A stretch of 64,000 nucleotides of DNA from Phycisphaerae bacterium (GCA_029260035.1 JAJDEA010000222.1:15249-79248); one strand, 5' to 3'; positions 39,109-49,169 are shown, counted from the first letter of the stretch. The notes: a model not told the origin generated them from the sequence alone. Translations and numbers: made by a program.

Positions 39109-39136
39109 AGCGTCAGCCTCTGGAGAGAAGTCGTCC

Positions 39137-39685
39137 ATGGCGTACATACCCTATAAAACAAGGGAAGAAGCGTCCGACGCACTTCGCGCGATGTACGATC
39201 GCTACGCAGACCGGAACGGCCAAGTAGATAACATTCTCCGCATTCACGGCCAAAATCCACCCAGCATGGAAGCTCACTTCGACCTCTATCGAGTTCTGAT
39301 GCGCGGCCGGTCTGAACTTACCAAAACTCAACGTGAAATGATCGCCGTCGTCGTATCCCGCATCAACGAATGTCATTACTGACTGCAACATCACGGAGCG
39401 GGGCTCCTTAAACTTACCAAAGATCAGGAGTTGGTTGAATCACTCAAGTGCGGAGAACAAACCCCATCGGTTTCAGAAGCTGATCGTGCGATGCTCGATT
39501 ATGCCGCAAAGCTGACGCTTGAGCCGGCTTCAATAAACAAAGAAGATGTCGAGTCGCTGGCACGTGCAGGATTTACGGATTCAGCCATCCTCGACATATG
39601 CCAGGTCACAGCCTATTTCGCCTTTGTCAATCGACTCGCCGACGGTTTGGGCGTAGAACTTGAAGAAGACGGCCTAACAGGCTAA
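39137..39685 (+). CDS. AhpD/carboxymuconolactone-decarboxylase (CMD) family peroxidase-related protein, probable selenoprotein (in-frame TGA 39380-39382 read as Sec)
   Basis: The ORF-track pieces 39065-39382 and 39431-39685 are in the same frame, separated only by TGA. The read-through sequence is ...VVSRINECHY-U-LQHHGAGL..., which is the family redox motif CxxCxxxH with the second Cys replaced by TGA. The hairpin GGAGC-GGG-GCTCC starts 12 nt after the TGA. ATG 39137 has GGAGAG upstream. Confidence 0.65.
39395..39407 (+). promoter_or_regulatory. candidate bacterial SECIS-like hairpin
   Basis: GGAGC (39395-39399) pairs with GCTCC (39403-39407), with a GGG loop. The G-rich apical loop lies ~18 nt downstream of UGA. 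The stem is short. Confidence 0.35.
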
Positions 39686-39737
39686 GGCAGGCCCTGTTTT
39701 TCGGGGCGATCAAACTTCACCTCTTGGGTTAATCACT

Positions 39738-41837
39738 TTAGCGCGGAAATGCACCGACAACTCCGCCGTCTACCGGCAAGGTCGCACCGGTAGTTGGTGT
39801 AGCGTTGCTGGCGAAGAAAACCACCGCGTTGCCGACGTGGTGACCTTGCACTTTTGCCTTTAACAGGTTTCTACTTTGGTAATACTCCGGCAAGGCCTCC
39901 ACCGACAAGTCCCTGCTTTGCGCTCGATCAGGGCCAACGTCTTGCCACAAGCCGGATGGAATCGACTTGTCGCCAAAAATGGCATCAGCGTTAATCATGT
40001 TGACACGAATACCGAAAGGTGCCAGCTCCATCGCGGCTACCTTACCAAGCTGATGCCCCGCTGCCTTGGATGCACTATATGCAGCAAAATCCTTACCCGG
40101 CGCGAAGACGTTCTTGCTAGCATTGACAATAACATGCCCGCCAAGCCCCTGCCGTTTCATAATGCGCGTTCCTTCACGCATGAAGAGCAAGTATCCGGTA
40201 GTATTGATCTCCATTACACGGCGGAATTCGGTCACATCCATCATGTCGATTGAAGAAACGTGGGCAATCCCCGCATTACAAACTGCAACATCAACGCCGC
40301 CGAACGCACGGACGATATCCTGAAACCCTCGCTTGACGCTGGATTCATCTGTCACATCCATGACAACGCCCATTGCGAGGTTTGCTCCGGCTTTCTTGTT
40401 CACAATTTCAACGGTATGGCTGATCCGCGTTTCGTCCAAATCCGTTACGGCTACATGAGCACCCGCCTGAGCACAGACACACGCCACAGCTGCGCCAATT
40501 GCACCAGCTCCCCCGCTGATTGCTACGACCTGTCCTGCCAATGGCAAGGCATCAATTGACTTGATCTTCTTTCGTTGTAGCGCGCGACATTCCATGTCAA
40601 CTAGATGATCCATGGGCAAAGAGCGATACTCGCCGATCAGCATAGCATCCGCTTTGACTCGAAGACTTTGCTCAACGACATCCGCAGTAATCCCGGCGTC
40701 TTTCCTGCTGTTGCCCCAGCAAAACACACCCGCCCCAGGCAGTATCACCACTCTTGGCATTGCGGAGTCATTCGGGTCGGCTTCTGTCGATCGAAGCAAT
40801 TGCGCCTTGTGATGCTCGCAATAATCGCGAATTCCTTGCTCAAGCTGGCAGCGCAAGGCATCGTTGTCGTCCCAATTGGGGGCATCAATATAGAGCCAAT
40901 TCGGCCCCGTGCGAATAACATGATCGCCGGTCAACGCGCCGGACGAAGCAATCTCTTGAGCTTCCCGGCTATTTACTATTGCCATTATTTCGGCACTATG
41001 TCGCCAATCGAATATTTTGCGTAGGTGGGGCTGATCTTCGTCGCTTGATTTTTCTGCGAGTAGTCCACGAAGAATCGGTGCAACGCGATCTGCAAGTTCT
41101 TCAGGAGAATCATCAAACTTGGCGGTTGCAACAATTGAACGACCGTTTTTGCGCTTCCGAATAAAATCCTCACAGGCAGTAACAAGCGAGACATGATTCT
41201 CGTAGGACGTCTTCGCGTCCTCGCCGAACGTCACAAGGCCGTGATGAAGCAGCACAATGCCTTCTATGATCGGGTTTGACTCGTAGGCGTCGCTAACAAT
41301 TCTAGCCAGCTCGAAGCCGGGCTTTACATACGGCAAAATGGCTACGCGATCTCCCAACGCTTCGGCAATCAATTGCTCGCCGTTTGGTCGATTCGTAAGG
41401 GTCAGCACTGCGTCTGCATGGGAATGATCTATGAATCGCGAGGGAAGAAAGGCATGCAACAGTGTTTCGATTGATGGCGTCGGGCCTGCTGAATCGCACA
41501 AGCTTTTGCGAAACTCGTTCACCATCGCGTCATCGACGACGGATTCCAATTGTCGCATTTGACGCAAAGGCGCCAATTCCAGAGCAGGGAGATCATCCAT
41601 CCCGAGCGAAGCCAGGTCCGCCCCGCTCGCTTTGACGTAAACAACTTCTATAAACTCACGATACAGGGAGCGAAGAGTGCCTTTGATCGAGACGTTACCC
41701 CCCCCATGGAGAACCAAGGTTGGTTCTTGCCCGATCAATCGGGCCGTGTAAAGACGATCGGCCATACCCTGCCCATAAGCGTCACCTATATGGCATTTTA
41801 ATTCTTCCAAGCCTTTTTCCGACCAGAGGGATTTCAT
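39738..41837 (-). CDS. bifunctional class II aldolase (rhamnulose-1-phosphate aldolase-like) / short-chain dehydrogenase
   Basis: 699 aa. The N-terminal half is a class II aldolase/adducin-like domain. The C-terminal half is an SDR with the Rossmann motif ISGGAGAIG and catalytic YSASKAA (YxxxK). Confidence 0.9.
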   Translation of the reverse strand: MKSLWSEKGLEELKCHIGDAYGQGMADRLYTARLIGQEPTLVLHGGGNVSIKGTLRSLYREFIEVVYVKASGADLASLGMDDLPALELAPLRQMRQLESVVDDAMVNEFRKSLCDSAGPTPSIETLLHAFLPSRFIDHSHADAVLTLTNRPNGEQLIAEALGDRVAILPYVKPGFELARIVSDAYESNPIIEGIVLLHHGLVTFGEDAKTSYENHVSLVTACEDFIRKRKNGRSIVATAKFDDSPEELADRVAPILRGLLAEKSSDEDQPHLRKIFDWRHSAEIMAIVNSREAQEIASSGALTGDHVIRTGPNWLYIDAPNWDDNDALRCQLEQGIRDYCEHHKAQLLRSTEADPNDSAMPRVVILPGAGVFCWGNSRKDAGITADVVEQSLRVKADAMLIGEYRSLPMDHLVDMECRALQRKKIKSIDALPLAGQVVAISGGAGAIGAAVACVCAQAGAHVAVTDLDETRISHTVEIVNKKAGANLAMGVVMDVTDESSVKRGFQDIVRAFGGVDVAVCNAGIAHVSSIDMMDVTEFRRVMEINTTGYLLFMREGTRIMKRQGLGGHVIVNASKNVFAPGKDFAAYSASKAAGHQLGKVAAMELAPFGIRVNMINADAIFGDKSIPSGLWQDVGPDRAQSRDLSVEALPEYYQSRNLLKAKVQGHHVGNAVVFFASNATPTTGATLPVDGGVVGAFPR

Positions 41838-42130
41838 GGCTGTTCTGGCAAAACAAGTTTGAAGGGACGAACCTCTACGTTTGAAAAGACTCCGCCCAAG
41901 ACGTAAGGGTCGCGATTGACGATTTCACGGGCCTCTGTCAGATCAGCTGCATCGAAAACAATGACAGCCCCGACGGATCGTTCGTCGTTGTCATCGCGGA
42001 TTGGTCCGGCCAGTTCGATTCGACCCGTTTCGTTAAGATTCGAGACGTGTTGAACGTGAGCGCTGCGATGTTCATTGCGGTGCTGAGCGCCGTCCGCACC
42101 ATCCCAGCCGATCATCACAAATGTAGGCAT
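41834..42130 (-). CDS. YciI family protein
   Basis: 98 aa from ATG 42130 (MPTFVMIGWDG...HRSAHVQHV...DPYVLGGVF) with the typical YciI pattern. Its stop overlaps the downstream start by 4 nt. Confidence 0.75.
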   Translation of the reverse strand: MPTFVMIGWDGADGAQHRNEHRSAHVQHVSNLNETGRIELAGPIRDDNDERSVGAVIVFDAADLTEAREIVNRDPYVLGGVFSNVEVRPFKLVLPEQP

Positions 42131-42188
42131 GCGTTGGGTGTCTCTCGAAATATTCCAGATACAACCTGAACGGAAGAACAAGAACTAT

Positions 42189-42971
42189 TTAACCTTTAAG
42201 CTCTTGAAACAGTTCCCAGGCCTCTGCATCTGACTTGCCTTCGTGAACGATGCTTCGAACCGTGCGAATCATGGAAACCGGCCATTTGGATTGGAAAATG
42301 TTCCGCCCCATATCAACGCCGACTGCTCCAGCGGAAATGGCACGATACGCCAACTCAATCGCAGCCCGTTCTTCGATTTTCTTGCCGCCGGCAATCACCA
42401 CAGGCACCGGACAGCTATTCACGACCTTCTCGAATTCTTCGCAATAGTAGGTTTTGACGACCTGGGCACCCAACTCAGCGGCAATACGACAAGCGAGCGA
42501 CAGGTATCGCGCATCGCGCGCCATTTCGCGTCCTACCGCAGTGACTGCCAAAATGGGGACACCATACTTCTGACCTCGATCGCAAAGTTTCGCCAGGTTT
42601 GTAAGTGATGTTCTTTCGCTCGCAGACCCAACAAAGATTGAAATCGCAAGACACGATGCGTTGAGACGCAGCGCATCCTCCATGGAAACCGTGAGGTCCT
42701 CGTTCGACAGGTCGTCTCGTAGAATACTCGTCCCGCCGGATACGCGTAGAACGATCGGCACGCGTCGTTGAGGATCAACGACATTTCGGAGTACGCCTCG
42801 AGTCAACATCAGCGAATCCGCATATTCGGCAAGTAACTCGATCGCTTCGCCAGGCCTTTCGAGTCCGGTCGTCGGCCCCTGAAAATAACCGTGATCTACC
42901 GCAAGCATCAGGCATCGACCCGTCTCAGGACGAATCAGGCCCGCCAGCCTGTTACGCATTCCCCAATCCAT
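42189..42971 (-). CDS. class I aldolase (DhnA/LsrF/FbaB family)
   Basis: 260 aa with LMLAVDHGYFQGPTTGLE, a probable Schiff-base Lys in QVVKTYY, and GVDMGRNIFQ. Confidence 0.8.
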   Translation of the reverse strand: MDWGMRNRLAGLIRPETGRCLMLAVDHGYFQGPTTGLERPGEAIELLAEYADSLMLTRGVLRNVVDPQRRVPIVLRVSGGTSILRDDLSNEDLTVSMEDALRLNASCLAISIFVGSASERTSLTNLAKLCDRGQKYGVPILAVTAVGREMARDARYLSLACRIAAELGAQVVKTYYCEEFEKVVNSCPVPVVIAGGKKIEERAAIELAYRAISAGAVGVDMGRNIFQSKWPVSMIRTVRSIVHEGKSDAEAWELFQELKG

Positions 42972-43031
42972 GGCGGATGAGTGTTTGGTGTCTTGATTTG
43001 TAATAGGACTAACTCCAACAGCTTAGCAACA

Positions 43032-43595
43032 TCAATAAAAATCAGAATGACTGATGTCGTCGCGAATAAATTTCTGGTCCATAGCTAACTGATCCAATTC
43101 TGCGATGAAAGCTTTGCGTTTGAACTCAGGCGGCAGAAGAACCGTAAACTTGTGACGATAAGTGAATAGCCCTTGGGTTCCGGGCAACGGCGACTTGTGC
43201 GTGTGATGCTCTACGATGTCCAGGCTATGACGCGTAAAAAACAGCGTGATGGAAGCAACCAGGCCTGCGAAATCCGGCGAGGATATTCGCAATGTCAACG
43301 GTAGCGTATCACGATCCGTCACGGCTTGCTTATCATTGATACGCGAGAAAAGAGAGATAAGCTGGAGCGTCTCGCCGAGCTTCGACGATTCCTGTTCGAT
43401 CATGTTCAGCTGTTTGGAGGACCCGGAAACATACAGGATAACGATCGCTTCGGTACTAAGGGTATGGGAGATTCCTTCTTCGATGGTCCCTCCGCGATCG
43501 CTCACGAACGCGGATGCCTCCTGCAGAATGCCCGTTCGGTCCTTTCCGATCAAATGAAGTACACCAAATTGACGCCCAGTCGAAGACATATCCAT
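43032..43595 (-). CDS. tandem ACT-domain regulatory protein (GcvR-like)
   Basis: Two ACT-like modules are present (LHLIGKDRTGILQEASAFVSDRGGTIEE; LTLRISSPDFAGLVASITLFFTRHSLDIVE). Confidence 0.7.
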   Translation of the reverse strand: MDMSSTGRQFGVLHLIGKDRTGILQEASAFVSDRGGTIEEGISHTLSTEAIVILYVSGSSKQLNMIEQESSKLGETLQLISLFSRINDKQAVTDRDTLPLTLRISSPDFAGLVASITLFFTRHSLDIVEHHTHKSPLPGTQGLFTYRHKFTVLLPPEFKRKAFIAELDQLAMDQKFIRDDISHSDFY

Positions 43596-44079
43596 CCAGT
43601 CGCTCCAAGAAAATAGAACGCTTATCTATTGCGTAGCACAACGGCGATTCGACGCACCGACAAAAATCACGATTCGAGCAAGCCAACCCGAAGAAAGCTT
43701 GTACCTGCCATCGCAAACTACAAACGTCTGAAAAGCTCGATCGTAGATCGCCTGCATTAGAGCGTCAATGGTCGTTGATACATGGAGAGCCGGATCGAGC
43801 AAAACCGGTTTGCAATTGAAAAAAAATGAGCCGATATGAGTGGATTCCTGGATTCGGCAAGACGGGCAACATTTCTGAGACGAATTCGACGTCCTATAAC
43901 ATTCACCTTTGCGCTATCCCGGATGACCAATGGATTATGTGATGAATGGGGCAGCGATTACGAGAATTGAGGCACTCACATCCGCACCCACTACCAATAT
44001 CGCACTCTGATAGCCCGGTGAGTCATGACAAATCACGCAGTCCTGATTCGGAGATCACCTTTACTTCAGTCAGCGAGGC

Positions 44080-46485
44080 CTATTTCTTGAGCGGAAAAAG
44101 TGTCTCAAACATGTCATCCGTTCGATTATTCCAACTGGACCAACCCGTCCCATCGTTCGCCTCACCACCCAGAGTTTCGTAGCCCTTGTCTTGCAGGAGC
44201 CTGTCGAGCTTTCGATTCGTGTCGGCCAGGTCCCAGGCTTCGTGCGGATTTCGCAAGTCATACTTGCCCCAATCAAAGTAGATTTGCAAAGGCTGTTTCT
44301 CCGCAGACTTGAGAGAGGAGTCAAGCTGTGCACGCATCGAGTCAAAAATGAAAGATGATTGAGACCCAACCTTGGCCACGACGTCCGGCTCGCCAAACGC
44401 GCAAAGCAAAGCGGCAGAAGCAGAGAAACCCGCGCCGATGCTTGCCCTCGTATCAGGGGACGCGTGCGTTCGGAAATTCTCATCGATAAAGGGAATCAAC
44501 TCATTCGCAAAAAGCTGTGGATACTTGCCTTTCGTTGCGCTCGGCCTTAGCTCGATAAACACAACAATCACCGGAGCCACAGACTGCCCGATCAAGTTGT
44601 CGAGTGAGGTGACATACATGCCTTTTTCGCGTGCCGCCTTGCCGCCATGAACGAATGCGACGGGGTAGCGGGCATCGCTATCATCGTAACCTGCGGGCAG
44701 ATACACATGGACGGGATACTTCGATTCGAGATGTTCGCTTTCCATCTCGCGCTTTTCTACTCGGCCTCGCCTCGCCGGTTGGGGTTCGCCCAAATGACGG
44801 GCTGGCTTCCACGCGGGCATAGCGACCCACGACATTTCCATCCCATCGCCCCGAAAGGACATCTCCATTTCCTTCCCGTAAACAATCGTTTTCGTTTTTC
44901 TCTCGTTTCGCGGGTCCAGAATTTGATCGTAGTCCTTCAGAAAAACATAATTGGTTCTTGCGTCGGGCTCTAGTTTCATTGAGTAATAGAAAAGATCAGT
45001 TCCCGACACATGCGTCATCGACGTTTCCTGTCTAGCGCCAAAAATATCGCCCGCTACAGCGACATCGTCCGCCTCACCTCGATAAACGAAATGAATGCGA
45101 TCGCTCCCTTCGATGATGGGGAACTGCTTTTGTGAAGCTATGAATCGATCGACGACCGCCTTCTTGTCCGAAGCTTTTTCAACCGTCGCGAGGAATTGGC
45201 CGAACTTATAGCTTGACAAGTCTTCGGCTACTGCGACGGCGGGCGTACCCGAAACGCTTCCTGACTGAATATCTATGCGCGCGATTTCACCCATACTTCG
45301 AGTGAAAATGCTGCCTTTTGCAAAACTGGGCGGCGACCACGAAAGATCGCTGAATACTTCTGCGTGAGCCAATTCTTTGTATCCATCAGGGCTTGCCTTG
45401 GCGATGTGTACACCACCCTCTTTCGTTTGAATTACAAGGTGTTGATCTACCAGGATGAGGAAACCATCGCCAGGTTGCCGTGACCGCCAGACACTTTTTC
45501 CCGTCTCCGCGTCTACGCAGGTTAGAAATCGGCTGCTGTACGCATAAACGTAGCCGTCGTGGTATACGGGCACATTGTAGCTGTTCTTGATGGAACGGTC
45601 GGTCCACACCGTTTTCACGTCAACGGCGCTTTCCGTTGGCGTGACGGTCACAATTGTCGATTCGTCGTCTTTGTAGGCCAGGAACAGGCGGTTCTTACCT
45701 GCCGGCACTGGGGTTGCGCTGCCAACGCCGCGTGCTCCACCTCCGCCGTGCTCATGTTCCCAGAGAATCTCGCCGGTACGCGGGCTTAGACCAACTATCT
45801 TCTTATCTCCAACTGCCAAGACATAGGCACCAAGACGATCCATACGGTACGGGATTGGCGACTGATACTGAACGGAATCTTCACACGCCTGCCACACGCG
45901 CTCGCCCGTCGTCATATTGAATCCCGCGACCGATCCTTTTTCCGCCCCCATTTGCACGATAAGCATATTGTCCATAATGATGGGGGATGTCGTGAAGCCG
46001 TAATGAGGTTTCTTTGCTTCATGGTCGTCAACGAGTTCGGTCGACCAGGTTTCCTTTCCCGATTTGGCATCAAGAGCAACCAGTCTCCCTCGCGGCGCAA
46101 GCGCGAAAACCTGCCCCGAACTACTCACCGCTGGCGTCGAGATCGGGCCGGTGTGGGAGCCGTCATGGCCTTTGTATGTTTCGCCCAGAACATAGCGCCA
46201 TTTCTCTGCACCCGTTTCTTCATCAAACGCAATCACGACATCCTCCTTACCATCGGAGAACATGGTTACAACAAGGCCGTTGGCCACAGCTACACCTGAA
46301 TAGCCGCTGCCTATCGTTTTCTTCCATTTGATTTTCAAACCAAACCCGTCAGAGTGGGCTAGCGCGGAGGAAGTTGGATAGATGCCATCTCCGTTAGGCC
46401 CGCGAAACGCTGGCCAATCGGATGGACTGGATGCGAACGTATTCGATGACAATAGACATGCTGTCGCAACCAGTAACATCCTCAT
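44080..46485 (-). CDS. secreted PQQ-like beta-propeller fused to a C-terminal esterase (enterochelin-esterase/esterase-D-like) domain
   Basis: Signal peptide MRMLLVATACLLSSNTFASS (ATG 46485; the longest ORF starts at GTG 46518). Repeated propeller motifs are VIAFDEETGAEKWRY, LVALDAKSGKETWS, GFNMTTGERVWQ, GLSPRTGEILWEH and LTCVDAETGKSVWR. The C-terminal esterase blocks are YPVAFVHGG and IGAGFSASAAL. Confidence 0.8.
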   Translation of the reverse strand: MRMLLVATACLLSSNTFASSPSDWPAFRGPNGDGIYPTSSALAHSDGFGLKIKWKKTIGSGYSGVAVANGLVVTMFSDGKEDVVIAFDEETGAEKWRYVLGETYKGHDGSHTGPISTPAVSSSGQVFALAPRGRLVALDAKSGKETWSTELVDDHEAKKPHYGFTTSPIIMDNMLIVQMGAEKGSVAGFNMTTGERVWQACEDSVQYQSPIPYRMDRLGAYVLAVGDKKIVGLSPRTGEILWEHEHGGGGARGVGSATPVPAGKNRLFLAYKDDESTIVTVTPTESAVDVKTVWTDRSIKNSYNVPVYHDGYVYAYSSRFLTCVDAETGKSVWRSRQPGDGFLILVDQHLVIQTKEGGVHIAKASPDGYKELAHAEVFSDLSWSPPSFAKGSIFTRSMGEIARIDIQSGSVSGTPAVAVAEDLSSYKFGQFLATVEKASDKKAVVDRFIASQKQFPIIEGSDRIHFVYRGEADDVAVAGDIFGARQETSMTHVSGTDLFYYSMKLEPDARTNYVFLKDYDQILDPRNERKTKTIVYGKEMEMSFRGDGMEMSWVAMPAWKPARHLGEPQPARRGRVEKREMESEHLESKYPVHVYLPAGYDDSDARYPVAFVHGGKAAREKGMYVTSLDNLIGQSVAPVIVVFIELRPSATKGKYPQLFANELIPFIDENFRTHASPDTRASIGAGFSASAALLCAFGEPDVVAKVGSQSSFIFDSMRAQLDSSLKSAEKQPLQIYFDWGKYDLRNPHEAWDLADTNRKLDRLLQDKGYETLGGEANDGTGWSSWNNRTDDMFETLFPLKK

Positions 46486-46742
46486 TTGAGCAATGATTGT
46501 TGGCCTAATCGTTGACACTTGCTGTTCTCCTCAAAGTAAGACATTGTTAATTGAAAACTGAGATGCGATTCCTCTCGGCCCGATTTGCCGGGATGCGTTG
46601 GCCGCATAGGCCAAAACGTACCCAAACACTCCGGGTTTTTCAATAGTCGTGTAAGTTTCGACAATTGCCAATACAATTCGCATCTCGGTTGGAGCTTCGG
46701 ACAATCCGGGCTAGGGTGGTTCTCGGAAAGGAAACGTTTGGA

Positions 46743-47423
46743 ATGAAACACCAGGACGAAACAGGCGGCAGTTCACCGGATAGCGGAGCGACTCTTCGAA
46801 CCAAGGTACGCCAAGTGTCAAAAAGAGGCGCGTACGATCGAGAGACGGTTTATCGTATCATCGACGAGTCGCTGGTTTGTCACGTTGGGTTTGTTGATGA
46901 TGGCCAGCCTTACGTTGTACCGACGCTTCATGTTCGCTTGGGCGATGTTCTTTATTTTCATGGCTCGCGGAAGAGCAGGATGCTTCGAATCATGGAAAAG
47001 GGGGCTCCTGTGTGTGCGACCATGACACTCCTGGATGGGCTGGTTTTGGCTCGGTCAGCGTTTCATCATTCCGTAAACTACAGATCCGTCATGGTTTTTG
47101 GCAAGGGTTCGCCGATCGAAGACGCTGCTGAAAAGCTGAGCATCCTGGATGCGTTGGTTGAACACGTCATCAAGGGTAGATCGGATGATGCACGCCCGCC
47201 AACAAAAAACGAGCTGGCCGGAACGCATGTCGTCGCGTTGCCGATCACGGAAGCATCAGCCAAATTGCGCGAAGGGCCACCAGTTGACGACGATGCCGAT
47301 TACGCATTGCCTGTTTGGGCGGGCGTTTTGCCAATGCGTATGAAGACGGGCGAACCAATTGCAGATCCAAAATTGGCTGAAAACATCGCCTTGCCCAACT
47401 ATTTGCGTGCATATTCGCGATGA
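46743..47423 (+). CDS. pyridoxamine 5'-phosphate oxidase-like FMN-binding family protein
   Basis: Split-barrel pattern (RGAYDRETVYRIIDESLVCHVGFVDDGQPYVVPTLHVRLGDVLYFHGS). The start is set at ATG 46743. Confidence 0.7.
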   Translation: MKHQDETGGSSPDSGATLRTKVRQVSKRGAYDRETVYRIIDESLVCHVGFVDDGQPYVVPTLHVRLGDVLYFHGSRKSRMLRIMEKGAPVCATMTLLDGLVLARSAFHHSVNYRSVMVFGKGSPIEDAAEKLSILDALVEHVIKGRSDDARPPTKNELAGTHVVALPITEASAKLREGPPVDDDADYALPVWAGVLPMRMKTGEPIADPKLAENIALPNYLRAYSR

Positions 47424-47528
47424 CGCAAATCTCGCCTACGGTTTGACCGACGGGTGCGGCCGTCGTTAAACTGCGATCAATACAATGAATAAAAAGAATC
47501 GCGCGTCTTAACCCCGGAGGAAACAGCC

Positions 47529-48053
47529 ATGTCCAATGTCAATGCTTTTAGTCTGAAAGGTTGGATCGACGAACATCGCCATTTGCTCAAGCCGCCGGTA
47601 GGCAATCAGCAGGTCTACGAAGATACGGACTTCATTATCATGATCGTTGGCGGCCCCAATGTTCGGAAAGATTACCACATCAATCCGACTGAAGAGTTTT
47701 TCTATCAGCTCGAGGGTGACGTATCCGTCGGAATTATTGAAGATGGCGAGAAGCGAACGATTCCAATTCGAGAAGGGGAAATCCTCTTGCTTCCGCCTAT
47801 GATTCCCCATTCACCACAAAGACCGGCTAATACCGTAGGCATGGTCGTCGAGCGCCGCAGACCCAAAGGGCAAATGGACCACCTAAGGTATTACTGCGAG
47901 AAATGCGACGAAATTCTTTACGATCCACAGTTCTATCTCACGAACATCGTAAAGCAGCTCAAGCCTTTGATGGACACGTTTTGGAATGACGCATCCCTCC
48001 AAACATGTAAGAAGTGTGGCACTATCATGGAACCACCAGTCGCGGCGACATAG
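47529..48053 (+). CDS. nbaC: 3-hydroxyanthranilate 3,4-dioxygenase
   Basis: Cupin with the characteristic N-terminus (WIDEHRHLLKPPVGNQ...GGPNVRKDYHINPTEEFFYQLEGD), metal ligands (H...E...H) and a C-terminal rubredoxin-like CEKCDE...CKKCG. GGAGGA lies upstream of the ATG. Confidence 0.9.
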   Translation: MSNVNAFSLKGWIDEHRHLLKPPVGNQQVYEDTDFIIMIVGGPNVRKDYHINPTEEFFYQLEGDVSVGIIEDGEKRTIPIREGEILLLPPMIPHSPQRPANTVGMVVERRRPKGQMDHLRYYCEKCDEILYDPQFYLTNIVKQLKPLMDTFWNDASLQTCKKCGTIMEPPVAAT

Positions 48054-48122
48054 CTAGCGCGAACTTCACATTCTACATGTTTGATTGATTCAAAATTGGA
48101 CAATCGTTAAGGCTAACGGCTT

Positions 48123-49136
48123 GTGTTTAAGATAGACATCCACACGCACATTCTTCCTGAAAATTGGCCCGACCTGCGCGAGCGCTACGGGTACGGCGGG
48201 TTCATTCGCCTTGAACACCACAAGCCATGTTGCGCACGCATGTTCAAGGACGACGAATTTTTTCGTGAGATACAGGACAATTGCTGGTCGCCGACGCGTC
48301 GGATCGAAGAGTGCGACGGCGCCGGTGTTCACGTACAAGTGCTTTCGACGGTACCCGTCATGTTCAGCTATTGGGCGAAACCGGACGACGCCCACGATCT
48401 GGCGAAATTATTGAACGATCATATTGCCGAAGTCGTTCGTCAATACCCAAAACGGTTTGTCGGGCTTGCCACGATTCCCATGCAATCACCCAAGCTCGCG
48501 ATTCAGGAGATGGAACGCTGCGTCAACGAACTTGGACTCTCCGGCGTGCAAATCGGCACGCACGTCAATGGCTGTAATCTGGACGACGATAAGATATTCC
48601 CCATTCTCCAAGCTGCCGAACAGTTGGGCGCTGCGGTGTTCGTGCATCCGTGGGATATGCTAGCTAAAGATCGCATGTCAAAATATTGGCATAGTTGGCT
48701 TGTCGGTATGCCGGCTGAAACCGCCCTCGCGATCAGTTCGCTAATGTTTGCGGGCGTATTCGATAAACTACCCAAGCTGCGCATCTGTTTCGCTCATGGC
48801 GGCGGCTCATTTCCGGGCACGATTGGACGATTGCAGCATGGTTTCGACGTTAGGCCTGACTTGTGCGCAACTGACACGAAAACGTCCCCTCGCGATTGGA
48901 TGGGGCGTTTTTATGTGGATTCATTGGTCCATGATTCGGATGCTCTGGCTTATCTGGTGAAACTCGTGGGAAAGGAAAAAGTAGCGCTTGGATCGGATTA
49001 TCCGTTCCCATTGGGCGAGGCTGTACCCGGCAAGCTGATCGAATCGATGGAAAAGTTCTCAGCAGAAACGAAGCAAAGGCTGTTAGCCGGGTCGGCTATG
49101 GAGTTTCTCGATCTCGATCAAAATCGGTTTCTGTAG
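48123..49136 (+). CDS. 2-amino-3-carboxymuconate-6-semialdehyde decarboxylase (amidohydrolase_2 family)
   Basis: [16 protein letters not shown]-terminus with [15 protein letters not shown] and [13 protein letters not shown] start at 48123. Confidence 0.85.
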   Translation: MFKIDIHTHILPENWPDLRERYGYGGFIRLEHHKPCCARMFKDDEFFREIQDNCWSPTRRIEECDGAGVHVQVLSTVPVMFSYWAKPDDAHDLAKLLNDHIAEVVRQYPKRFVGLATIPMQSPKLAIQEMERCVNELGLSGVQIGTHVNGCNLDDDKIFPILQAAEQLGAAVFVHPWDMLAKDRMSKYWHSWLVGMPAETALAISSLMFAGVFDKLPKLRICFAHGGGSFPGTIGRLQHGFDVRPDLCATDTKTSPRDWMGRFYVDSLVHDSDALAYLVKLVGKEKVALGSDYPFPLGEAVPGKLIESMEKFSAETKQRLLAGSAMEFLDLDQNRFL

Positions 49137-49169
49137 GATTCAATCTGCTACGTTCGGGCCGAGCTTTTT

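Noticed and set aside
39065-39136. 24-codon N-terminal extension of the AhpD-like ORF overlapping the upstream membrane-protein gene
   Set aside because: ATG 39137 has a GGAGAG SD and yields a typical family N-terminus. The extension overlaps the 3' end of 38278-39108.
47448-47465. Short hairpin CGACGG-gtgcgg-CCGTCG after the PNPOx-like gene
   Set aside because: The stem is only 6 bp with no following T-tract, which is insufficient to call a terminator.
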